NCBI GenBank assembly: GCA_964016885.1
Contig: OZ024740.1
Coordinates: 441,378,001-441,442,000 of the forward strand
DNA length: 64,000 bases
Direction: 5' to 3'
DNA from: Eledone cirrhosa
Lineage: Eukaryota
Position numbers and translations under genes: made by a program. Under the pieces are notes generated by a model. It saw nothing but the letters and a program-made list of their open reading frames with translations, ran no database searches and had not been told where the DNA came from. Positions within the stretch are counted from its first letter, which is position 1. Each line of letters begins with the position of its first letter. This document shows positions 23,097 to 35,300 of this stretch, in pieces.

Positions 23097-24357
23097 CCTT
23101 GAATCTCAGTCATTGATGTTGGTTAACTGGAAAGTCCGTTGGAATGAATATCAAGCCACTACCTGCAGCCTCAGATATTCAGGACGTATCGGAGGGTTCT
23201 TGCTGTTCCAAGCAAGCATGCCTTTTGAAGCGTTCCAAAAAGCGTGAAGGGGCCGATTTTCTTTAACCATCTCTGGAAACTTTTGGAGATAGTCCCCAGT
23301 GCGCCTATGTCAATCGGGATCACTTTGACTTCATGGCAGTTCCAAATCCTTTTCACCTCCCACTTTAGGTCCTGGTATCGGTTAATTTTCTCCCTCTCCT
23401 TCTCTTGCACTCTCGTGTCGAAAGGGCAGGCCACATCCACAATCAGACACGATCTTTTTTCTTTGTCCACAACCACCAGGTCAGGTCTATTGTGTTCCAG
23501 TTTTTTGTCCGTCTGTATCCTGAAATCCTACAGCACCTTCACCTAATTGTTCTCCATCACCGCCTCTGGCCTATGCTCATACCATTTCTCAGAATGTGGT
23601 AAATTGTTTACTTTGCACAGGTGCCAGTGGATCACCCTGCCCATCACATCGTGTCTCCAGCCCTTATAGTGGGTCTGGGCTAGGTGTTTACACTCGGACA
23701 CAATGTGAGCCACAGTCTCCTCTCTCTCTCCACAGATCCTGCACAGTGGGCTAGCCTCCTCCTTGTAAATATGGTGCTTCAACCACTTCGTTTTGAGGGC
23801 CTGCTCCTGCGCAGCCATTAGCATCCCTTCTGTAGCCTTTTTGAGGTCTCCTCTTCTCAACCAGTTCCATGTCTGTGGATCTCTAAATTCAGTTTTCTCA
23901 AAGAAGGTACTATGAAGGGATTTTCCCTTAAGGCTGCTCTTCCTCCTTGATGTTATTTCCTCCTTGGACATCCCCTGGCCTACTGTCCCCTCCTTCAGTA
24001 CAGTTCTGAGCATTGGCTCCTTACTATCAGTCACGTATTTGTATAGGTTGTTTTTCTCCATCTGAACATAGTCCTCTATGCTGATAAGACCTCTTCCACC
24101 TTCAGATCTCTTTAAGTAGAGTCTATCGACATCACTCCTCTTGTGGAACATGTTGTAGATAGTCAATAGCTTCCTAGTCTTCCTATCCATTTCTTTTTGT
24201 TCAGCAACATTCCATCTCAGAATTCCCGCACTGTACCTAATAATAGACACAGCTCGGGAATTTACTGCGCTTATGGCATTTCTGCTGTTCAGATGTGACT
24301 TCAATACGCTCCTTACTCTCCGAATGTATTCAGTTCTTAACAATTCCTTCATTTTTT
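23097..24357 (-). mobile_element. 5'-truncated family A R4/Dong-like copy
   Basis: 3' UTR, REL, CCHC and RT C-terminal region; (TTA)n on both sides. Confidence 0.93.
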
Positions 24358-24580
24358 ATTATTATTATTATTGGCGACCTACGTAGTAAATCGTATCATC
24401 GTGAGCTCCGCAAAGGTTTGTTATTTCCGTTTGTTATAAATTGCCATTTATGGAAAATTTTATTGTTAACTGTTTATAAGCACACATACATTGTTTTCCG
24501 AAAAGGACACCCAAAAAGATTGGGGCCTTGTGCCCAAAATTTTAACTTTTATTATTATCCAAAAATTTCTTTGAAAAAAA

Positions 24581-26576
24581 ATGGCTAATTCCCCTCTGCA
24601 CGAAGCAGCTGAAAGCCTTCCTCACAAAATAACACCTCACACCGACACCACCATTGTAAATGTTACTACGTTTGCCAACACAAAAAAAAATATAAGCAGT
24701 AGCAATATTTTAAATTTGTCTCAGGCAGACATTCATTTCCCGCCATTACCAATGACTGCAGGTGTTAAAGCCTCCACCACCACCACCACCGCGACAACCA
24801 CCACCCCCACCACCACCGCGACAACAGAAACAAAAGAAGAAAAAAATAAATTAACTCGTGATGTCGAAATGAAATTAAGCAAAATGGACTCTTCCGCACC
24901 AAAGACGACTGACGTCACCACCACCACAACTGAAACTAAAATTAATATTAACACAAATAACGATAGCAACAACAACAACAATGACATTATAAAACCGACC
25001 CTCAGTTTCGCCATAGTGGCAAAACAATTCGAAGCATTCACGGTAACTCAAGAGGATTTAGAAAATGCCAAACAAATGGTAAAGAAAGATGGGTACAGGG
25101 TCAGCCTCCCCCCCCCCACCTAATAAAATGGAGTATCGGCGCCTATGCACCGTGTCGTATAGAACAATAAATGTAAAATCATGCCGAGTGGAACGGGCAT
25201 CCGAGTCCCAAATCCAAAAAGATTTGGGACATGTGTGGGCAAGAAAAACCCACATCAGACGTGGGCAAAAGTATGGAACCGTGGATGTGTTCTTTGAAAC
25301 ACCAGAGGAGGCTAGAGAACACTCCATGGCCCCATTAAAAAGTGACGACTTCACACTCGTCCCAAGCTATTGTGGCCAGAGACTCGTAAAGATCAGGGTG
25401 ACCCACGTTCCACCGGCCATCGAAATTCCCTGGCTAATAGCGGCTGTCCTCGCCGGCATCGAAGCCAACACGAAAATAATAGCAATAGCAAAAGAAAAGC
25501 AGGAAAACTGGTCCGGATCTGGGATGGAGCTCCTAATCCAAGCGGACCAAAAAAGCATTGAGGAGATCCCAGAGGTAATAGACCTCACTGACGGCAGCCA
25601 CCTCACGGTAATTGTCGAGGGCAGAAGACCTAGGTGTGTCGTTTGTGGTGAAGGAACCCACCTAAGGGCTTTCTGCCCTCAGGCTAAAAGGTTGAGGCCA
25701 CCTCTCCTACCCACCCCAGTGACACAACCATCAACACCACCAGTAGCAGAGATGGCAGCAACAACTGTAGCAGCAACAACAGAAGCAACTATAACAGCAA
25801 CAACCCCAGCAACAGTAGCAAAACCAACACCACTACCACCACCAGCAAAACCAACACCACCACCACACAACGCTTCAGAACTAGCACCAGCGCCTACACC
25901 ATCCACCACGCCACAACCAAAACTGACGCCTGTGGAGGATTTTCCACTCCCCGGCCTATCACAACTGGAGACAGATTGTGATGACGAGGAGTGGGAAACG
26001 ATATCCGGAAAAAAAAAAAGAAACCAAAAAAGAAAAAATTCTCTTCCTTCCCCCTCCAAAAACAAAATACAGAGGGAAACAAATAAACTAAGAAACAAAA
26101 AAGTTAGGACAGATATGCCACCATCCACACCAGCATCACCAACCCCATCAACCCAAACACCAACACCATCACCATCATTAACTCCAACACCACCATCACC
26201 TACACCACAAAAGTCACCAAAATGCGAAACAGAAACAAACCCACAACAAACGCAAACAAAACAAAACAACCAAAACGATACCAACTACACAGCATTAAAT
26301 TTGAACAACAAGCAATTATTACACTACATCCAACACAACACCAGCATCACAGAAAAAGACTACACAACAACCCCAAAATTCACACCACCTCCACACATAC
26401 AAATCACTCGCATCACACAGAAAACGTACATGACACTAAAACAAAAATTCCCCAAAGACATCGGAGACTTCCGACAAGCACTCTCCAGGAGGATTTATAA
26501 GGACATCCTTCCTGAGGAGACCACAAGCAGTGAAAAGGATGGAAAAACCGTCCTTCCCCTACGAGAAGTAAGGTAA
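24581..26576 (+). pseudogene. Tx1-like ORF1 (gag-like nucleic-acid-binding protein), one apparent frameshift
   Basis: ORFs 24581..25123 and 25089..26576 overlap at a C10 run (25108-25117); CVVCGEGTHLRAFC fits CX2CX4HX4C; Pro/Thr-rich tail with basic patch KKKRNQKRK. Confidence 0.82.
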
Positions 26577-26610
26577 GTGGTCTTTCCCATCTTTTCCACT
26601 CCTTTTCAAC

Positions 26611-29600
26611 ATGACCTCACTCAGAATAGGCAGCATAAATGCGCGTGGCTTGGGGTCGTCATGGAAGCAGGGCAACCTGCTCAACGACCTCAGGTCACTA
26701 AACATAGATGTAGTGGCCATCAGCGAGTCCAGAATCTCCGAAGCACAGGCTTTCGCACCGATCTTCGGCGGCTACGATGTGTACGCATCTCCCAGCGGTC
26801 CGGGATCGGGGGGAGGAGTTGCTGTGCTTTTTCGGAGAGGTTTGGATCTTGCCATACGGGCCATCTTCCTGGACCCAGAAGGTAAGTTGGTGGTGCTGGA
26901 CGTGACCAGCGGAGACGGGCAACCTTTCAGGTTAGTGGCCGTCTATGCCCCGACAGGAGCAAGGCGGCCTGATTTCTTCCGGCGTCTAGAGACCTTTCTT
27001 GGAACGTCCCGCTCTTTAGTGTTAGTGGGCGACTGGAACGGGATCTTAGATGCACGCTGGGATTGTGTGGGATTAGTGGATAGGGAAGGAGGGTGCAAGA
27101 GTCTCACCAACCTGCTCAGACGTTTTGAACTGTCTGACAGGTACCGAATGGATTTCCCGAATGTACCAATGTGGACTTGGACAAATCGCATAGGGTCATC
27201 CAGATCATATCTAGATAGAGTATTTTGTAGGGAAATAGATAGGTCTAGCATAGGCTGTCCACAATTCAAGATAGTCAGCTACACGGACCACAAATTCGTG
27301 ATCTGTGTGCTTGACTTAGATAGGCTTCATAGGCGAGGACCCGGCTACTGGAAGCTAAACGCGTCCTTACCAGCGCGCAAGGCCTACAGAGACCGGATTA
27401 GCGAACTAGTTAAGCGGGCGTTGACGGGGGCCATCGTCAACAACAAGTGGTGGTTTGCTCTGAAAAGAGCAATTAGAATAGAGTCCATTAGGTTTAGTAA
27501 GACTTTAGCAACAGAGAAAAATAGAGCAGAGGGAGAATTAGTTAGAAAATTAGATGAGGCGCTTAGCAAAGGCATCGCGACCGACGTACTTGCGGCGAAA
27601 TTGGCCCTTGACCAGTTCTTCAATGCAAAGCACGAAGGCTGCGTTGTCAGAGCTAGGGTGCGTGCTCTCAGACACGAGGGGACGAAAGCCGTTCAATGGG
27701 CCCGAGTGGCGGAGGCGCGTCGTGGCAACAAAGCCACGATCCGGTCTTTGGTGGATCATGACGGGCGCATGCTACTCGATCCCGGGCAAATGTGTGAAGC
27801 TTTTCAGCGACACTTCGCTCAACTGTTCGGGGGCAGTGGCGGGCCGGATCGAGGGATGGACTTTAGTGTCTACCTCGACGGACTGCCGCGGCTTTCGGCC
27901 ACCGAGGCGGAGTGTTGCGAAAAGCCGATAACAACCGCTGAAGTACGGGATGCAATGACTAGTTGCACAAGGGGTAAATCGCCTGGTTTGGATGGTCTGC
28001 CCTATGAACTTTACGTACAAATGCCAAACTTGTTCGGAGGCCTCTTGGCGGACGTCTACTGCAACTGGCAACAGAACGGGAGAATTCCCAGCTCTGTGAG
28101 CCGAGGAGCGGTGGCGCTGCTGAGAAAGGATCCGAACAAGGGGGATAACAGATAATTTTAGGCCCATAACTCTGCTAAACACAGAGTTCAAGCTTTTGGC
28201 CAAGGTGCTAGCAAAGAGGTTCGCGCTTGTCGTTGGTGGTCTGGTGGGAGAGGCACAGACATGCGCCATTCGCGACAGATCCATCCACGACAACCTCCAC
28301 CTCATGCGATACATCGTAGAGAGGGTAGCTAAGGAACCTGGCACGGGTGGGTCTTTGATCAATTTAGATCAGTCGAAAGCCTTCGATAGGGTCGACCATC
28401 GTTACCTAGCGGCAGTCCTGAGGGCGGCTGGCTTTGGGCCCGTCTTCAGAGGCTGGATCGCTGCCATGCACAGCGATATCTGCTCTGTAGTGAGAGTGAA
28501 CGGTCACCTTTCGGAACCGTTCAACATCATGCGCTCGGTCCGCCAAGGATGTCCCCTCTCGTCCCTATTGTACGTATTGACTCTCGAGCCATTACTGCAC
28601 AAACTGGAGACGTTGAGGAGGGTCCCGCGCGAACTAGGATGCGGAAGATCCGTGTCAGCATATGCCGACGATGTCACCGTAGTGGTGTCGAACGCCAAAC
28701 ACATTGAGGCGATCGGCACTACACTAAGAGAATACGAAGCGGTGACAGGAGCAATGATCAACCAGGAAAAGTCAGTGGGCCTGCAGCTCGGCACCTGGAG
28801 AGGCAGGTCCATGCCGTCCAACAGCGTCGTCGGGCGCTGGACGGACGGACCGGTTAAATTGCTAGGGGTCTGGTTCGGTCCAGACCTCCAGACGGACAAA
28901 AACTGGGACGAGGTGACGAGCAGGGTGGCTTCTCTCACCCAGAAATGGGCCGAGAGGAAGCTATCCCTGAAAGGTCGAGCGGAGGTGGCTAACGCGTACA
29001 TCGCGTCCCTCATCTACTACCGCCTGACCGTCGTACCTTGTCCTAAGCCCCGCCTGACTGCGCTGGAGCATTTGCTCTTTCGCTTCTTGTGGAAGGGACG
29101 CGCTCCGATGGTCAGGCGGTCCATCTGCTGTCAACACCCGCTACGTGGAGGGCTGGGCATGCCGTGGCTGATGATTCGCAGACACGCGCTCAGGCTACGA
29201 CATCTCCACCTCTTCCTCGACGGTGATCAGGTGTGGTCGCCGTTTGCTAGACACGTTTTTCCCCAGCTCGTCTCTTTGACGGAGCTGCAGTCCTGGGTCA
29301 AGTAAAGACCGAGAGGGAGCGCTTGGAGACTGGAATGTCTTCAGGCGCTCACAGCCCTCGACCAATCGGGCAATGTGATCCGTGGAAACTCCACCTTGGC
29401 GTTCTATAGGGGATTAGTGGAGGGGAAGAGCGACGACGTACTTGGAGAAACTCTCGGCGTCGACGAAAATCAACTAGCCAATCTCTTCGGAAGGACTTTC
29501 GGGCCGGGGCCTATGGACAACTTCCAGAAATCCCTGGCCTGGCAGTGCTACCGAGGAGCTTTGCCAGTTCGGGATAAACTCTACAGGCATGGAGGTGCCG

Positions 29601-30028
29601 TCAGCCGGGCATGTCCGAGATGCGCGCAGGGCGACGAAACCGTCCTGCACGCACTCGTTCAGTGTCCGAGCATTGCTGACTTGTGGGTTTATGTCGAACA
29701 CCTGCTGTCACGTGTAGGACGGATCCGGCTAACAGCTGAGTCCATCGTGAGGATTGCCCCGCCCCCTTCCTTTAGCCTGGAAGGGCAGGCAGTTTTTATC
29801 TGTCTGGTGGCCATGGCGAAAGAGATAGTATGGTGGACACGTTTGAAAGGGCTGAAGACGAGCACTTACCTCTTCGGTGATGCCCTGATTAACTTTTTCA
29901 AATTTCATTTGAAAAGGAAAATCAGGGTAGAGAGGGAAGTGCTCTCTTCCCAGCATTTTGTTGAAAGATGGGTGAGAGAAGCAAGTATGGCCCGAATGAA
30001 TGGGCCTTATCTGAGTATGTGTCTGTAA
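26611..30028 (+). pseudogene. Tx1-like ORF2 (AP endonuclease + reverse transcriptase + CCHC), two lesions
   Basis: SINARGL, ISES, VGDWN, TDH; KSPGLDG; QGCPLS; YADD; CPRCAQGDETVLHALVQC. 2-nt deletion near 28148 and TAA at 29303-05 where the 10795 copy has CGA. Confidence 0.92.
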
Positions 30029-30271
30029 ATTAAAGGTGGAAAACTGGGAGAGGGCACTTGCCCTGGTGGTCAGGGCCACTGTGGTCTTTTAATGGGCTTT
30101 CTCCACAAATGTCCCTTGGAAATCTCCCCCCTATTGGGGAATTTTTCTTTGTTATTTTATTTCAACCTCTGTTTTTTTTACACGCAGAAATGCCCATTTG
30201 TACCGTCCTGTATTGTCCTGTACTGTCCTTAATGTCTACTTTATGTGAACCCTTGTGGTTAATAAAGAAAA

Positions 30272-30317
<46 letters not shown>

Positions 30318-30320
30318 GTT

Positions 30321-31895
30321 CTTTGAATCTCAGTCATTGATGTTAGTTAACTGGAAAGTTTGTTGAGATGAATATCAAGCCACTACCTGCAGCCTCAGAT
30401 ATTCAGGACGTATCGGAGGGTTCTTGCTGTTCCCAGCAAGCATGCCCTTTGAAGCGTTCCAAAAAGCGTGAAGGGGCCAATTTTCTTTAACCATCCCTAG
30501 AAACTTTTTGAGATAGTACCTAGTGCGCCTATGACAATCGGGACCACTTTGACTTCATGGCAGTTCCAAATCCTTTTTACCTCCCACTTTAAGTCCTGGT
30601 ATCGGTTAATTTTCTCCCTCTCCTTCTCTTGCACTCTCGTGTCGAATGGGAAGGCCACATCCACAATCAGGCACGATCTTTTTTCCTTGTCCCAAACCAC
30701 TAGGTCAGGTCTATTGTGTTCCAGTTTCTTGTCCGTCTGTATCCTAAAATCCCACAGCACCTTCACCTGATCGTTTTCTATCACCGCCTCTGGCTTATGC
30801 TCATACCACTTCTCAGAATGTGGTAAATTGTTTACTTTGGATAGGTGCCAGTGGATCACCCTGCCCATCACATCATGTCTCCAGCCCTTATAGTGAGTCT
30901 GTGCTAGGTGTTTACACTCGGATACAATGTGAGCCACAGTCTCCTCTCTCTCTCCACAGATCCTGCACAGTGGGCTAGCCTCCTCCTTGTAAATGTGGTG
31001 TTTCAACCACTTCGTGTTGAGGGCCTGCTCCTGCGCAGCCATTAACATTCCTTCTGTAGCCTTTTTAAGGTCTCCTCTTTTCGACCAGTTCCATGTCTGT
31101 GGATCTCTAAATTCAGTTTTCTCAAAGAAGGTACTATGAAGGGATTTTTTCTGAAGGCTGCTCTTTCTCCTTGATGTTATTTCCTCCTTGGACATCCCCT
31201 GGCCTATGTCCCCTCCTTCACTACAGTTCTGAGCGTTGGCTCCTTACTATCAGTCACGTATTTCTGTAGGCTGTTTTTCTCCATCTGAACACAGTCCTCT
31301 ATGCTGCTAAGACCTCTTCCGCCCTCAGATCTCCTTAAGTAGAGTCTATCGACATCACTCCTCTTGTGTAACATATTGTAGATAGTCAATAGCTTCCTAG
31401 TCTTCCTATCCATTTCTTTTTGTTCAGCAACATTCCATCTCAGAATTCCCGCACTGTACCTAATAATAGAAACAGCTCGGGAATTTACTGCACTTATGGC
31501 ATTCCTACTGTTCAGATGTGACTTCAATACGCTTCTTACTCTCCGAATGTATTCAGTTCTTATCAATTCCTTCATTTTTTTTGTTCTTGATGTCATCAGC
31601 CTCCAGAAGGCCCAAATACTTGTATCCTTCCTCAGAGTCAATTTCTTTTATCATCTCACCTGTTGGTATCTGGATTCCGTTACTTATGCTCAACTTACCC
31701 CTCCTCATGACAATGACTCCACACTTACTAATACCAAATTGCATACATATATCATTGCTGAAAATACGGACAGTGTCAACAAGCACATCTAACACCTTCT
31801 CACTCTTCCCGAAGAGCTTAAGATCGTCCATGAAGAGGAGGTGATTGATGGTAAGCCCTCCCTTTCCCAACCTGTATCCTGCTCTCACTTTTCGC

Positions 31896-31896
<1 letters not shown>
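30321..31896 (-). mobile_element. 5'-truncated family A R4/Dong-like copy
   Basis: Extends from the 3' UTR to just past LFMDD; (TTA)n on both sides. Confidence 0.93.
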
Positions 31897-31929
<33 letters not shown>

Positions 31930-32110
31930 GGGTATTTTCAAACCCGTTGGTGCCCATCTTCTCTCCCGGTTGAATACAGCAAATTAAGAGAAGGAAAGAG
32001 AGAGAGTTAGAGAAAGGAAGTGAGAAACAGATATAGAGGAAGAATTTCCCCAGTGCGTCATTAGTATTTGTTTATCGAGTTCGAAAAGAGGAAAGGTAAA
32101 ATGGACCCTG
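31930..32110. repeat. Diverged paralogue of 2560-2735 (GA-rich segment plus SINE core)
   Basis: Shared tgaatacagca...gtgagaaa.agatatagaggaagaat..ccccagt...tttatcga.ttcgaa.aga.gaaag..aaa.t.gacc. Confidence 0.65.
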
Positions 32111-32332
32111 TAATTTTTCCAGCTCCGATTGCCGACAGTTTCACTTGTGCTATGAAGGGGCAAGATCGCTGCAGTTGCACCTTATCGATGAGGCTTCAAA
32201 CTTTTCAAGTGACACCCCCCAGTTAGGAACAGCTTTTCCAAAGTGATCGTCGCCAGTAACACATTTCAAGTGGCTAAATGTTGTGATAGGTAGACTAGTA
32301 GCCAGTAAAGTCATTGCTAGAAGAAGCAGTCA

Positions 32333-35300
32333 GTTACTGCTGTTGAGACTATTTACTACTGCTGGTAAATTTACTACTGCTGGGACTATTTACTACTGTT
32401 GATACTATTTACTACTGGTGAGACTATTTACTACTGCTGGGACTATTTACTACTGGTGAGACTATTTACTACTGCTGGGACTATTTACTACTGCTGGGAC
32501 TATTTACAAATGTTGAGATTATTTACTACTGTTGAGACCATTTACTACTGCTGGGAATATTTACTACTGCTGGGACTATTTACTACTGCTGGGACTATTT
32601 ACAAATGTTGAGATTATTTACTACTGTTGAGACCATTTACTACTGCTGGGAATATTTACTACTGCTGGGACTATTTACTACTGTTGAGAGTATTTACTAC
32701 TACTGGGACTATTTACTACTGTTGAGACTATTTACTACTGCTGGGACTATTTACAACTGTTGAGATTATTTACTACTGTTGAGACCATTTACTACTGCTG
32801 GGAATATTTACTACTGCTGGGACTATTTACTACTGTTGAGACTATTTACTACTGCTGGGACTATTTACTACTTACTACTGTTGAGACTATTTACTTCTGT
32901 TAAGACTATTTACTACTGCTGGGACTATTTACTACTGCTGGGACTATTTACTACTGTTGAGACTGTTTCCTACTGCTGGGACTATTTACCACTGTTAGGA
33001 CTACTTACTACTGTTGTGAGTATTTACTACTGCTAGGACTATTTACTGCTGTTGAGACTATTTACTTCTGCTGGGACTATTTACTAGTGCTGGGACTATT
33101 TACTACTGCTGGGACTATTTTCTACTGTTAGGACTATTTACTACAGTTGAGAATATTTACTACTGCTGGGACTATTTAATACTGCTGGGACTACTTACTA
33201 CTGTTGAGACCATTTACTACTGCTGGGACTATTTACTACTGTTGAGACTATTTACTACTGCTGGGACTATTTACTACTGCTGGGACTATTTACTACAACT
33301 GGGACTATTTACTACTGTTGAGACTATTTACTACTGCTGGGACTATTTACTACTGTTAGGACTACTTACTACTGTTGAGACTATTTACTACTGCTCGGAC
33401 TATTTACTGCTGTTGAGTCTATTTACTACTGCTCGGACTATTTACTAGTGCTGGGACTATTTACTACTGCTGGGACTATTTACTACTGTAAGGACTATTT
33501 ACTGCTGTTGAGACTATTGACTACTGCTGGGACCATTTACTACAGTTGAGACTATTTACTACGTCTGGTACTATTTACTGCTGAGGGGACTATTTACTAG
33601 TGTTTAGACAATTTACTACTGATGGGACTACTTACTACTGTTGAGACCATTTACTGCTGCAGGGACTATTTACTAGTGCTGGGACTATTTACTACTGCTG
33701 GGACTATTTACTACTGTTAGGACTATTTACTGCTGTTGAGACTATTGACTACTGCTGGGACCATTTACTACAGTTGAGACTATTTACTACGTCTGGGACT
33801 ATTTACTGCTGATAGGACTATTTACTAGTGTTGAGACAATTTACTACTGCTGGGACTACTTACTACTGTTGAGACCATTTACTACTGCTGGTACTATTTA
33901 CTACTGCTGGGACTATTTACTACTGCTGGGACAATTTACTACCTTTTTGAGACTATATACTACTGGTGGGACTATTTACTACTGTTGAGACTATTTACTA
34001 TTGCTGTGACTATTTACTACTGTTGAGGCTATTTACTACTGCTGGGACTATTTACTATTGCTGGGACTATTTACTACTGTTAGGACTACTTACTACTGTT
34101 GTGACTATGTACTACTACTGGGACTATTTACTACTGTTGAGACTATTTACTACTGTGAGGACAACTTACTACTAGTATTTACTAGTGTTAGGACTACTTA
34201 CTATTGTTTTGACTATTTACTAATGTTAGGACTATTTACTACTGTTAAGACTATTTACTACTGCTGGGACTATGTACTAGTGCTGGGACTATTTACTACT
34301 GCTGGGACTATTTACTACTGTTAGGACTATTTACTGCTGTTGAGACTATTGACTACTGTTGGGACCATTTACTACAGTTGAGACTATTTACTACGTCTGG
34401 GACTATTTACTGCTGATGGGACTATTTACTAGTGTTGAGACAATTTACTACTGCTGGGACTACTTACTACTGTTGAGACTATTTACTACTGCTGGAACTA
34501 TTTACTACTGCTGGGACTATTTACTACTGCTGGGACAATTTACTACCTTTTTGAGACTATATACTACTGCTGGACTATTTACTACTGTTGAGACTATTTA
34601 CTATTGCTGTGACTATTTACTACTGTTGAGGCTATTTACTACTGCTGGGACTATTTACTATTGCTGGGACTATTTACTACTGTTAGGACTACTTACTACT
34701 GTTGTGACTATGTACTACTACTGGGACTATTTACTACTGTTTAAACTATTTACTACTGTGAGGACTACTTACTACTAGTATTTACTAGTGTTAGGACTAC
34801 TTACTATTGTTTTGACTATTTACTACTGTTAGGACTTTTTACTACTGTTAAGACTATTTACTACTGCTAGGACTATTTACTACTGTGAGGACTATTAACT
34901 ACTGTTGAGACTATTTACTACTGCTGGGACTATGTACTATTGTTGAGACTATTTACTACTGCTGGGACTATTTACTACTGTTGAGAATATTTACTACTGC
35001 TGGGACTATTTACTACTGCTGGGACTATTTACTACTGCTGGGTCTATTTACTACTGTTGAGACTATTCACTTCTACTGGGACTATTTACTACTGCTGGGA
35101 CGTATTTACTACGGTTGAGACTATTTACTACTGCTGGGACTATTTACCATTGCTGGGACTATTTACTACTGTTGAGACTGTTTCCTACTGCTGGGACTAT
35201 TTACCACTGTTAGGACTACTTACTACTGTTGTGAGTATTTACTACTGCTGGGACTATTTACTACTGCTGGGACTATTTACTACTGCTGGGACTATTTACT

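Larger units (their letters stand above)
24373..30272 (+). mobile_element. Full-length (5.9 kb) two-ORF Tx1-like retrotransposon, subfamily 2
   Basis: 5' UTR 24373-24580; ORF1 with zinc knuckle; 34-nt spacer; ORF2 APE-RT-CCHC; AATAAA; (ATT)n on both flanks. Confidence 0.95.

Noticed and set aside
8168-31844. Antisense and alternate-frame ORFs overlapping the retrotransposons
   Set aside because: Shadows of the RT-coding frames; they recur only because the elements are repeated.
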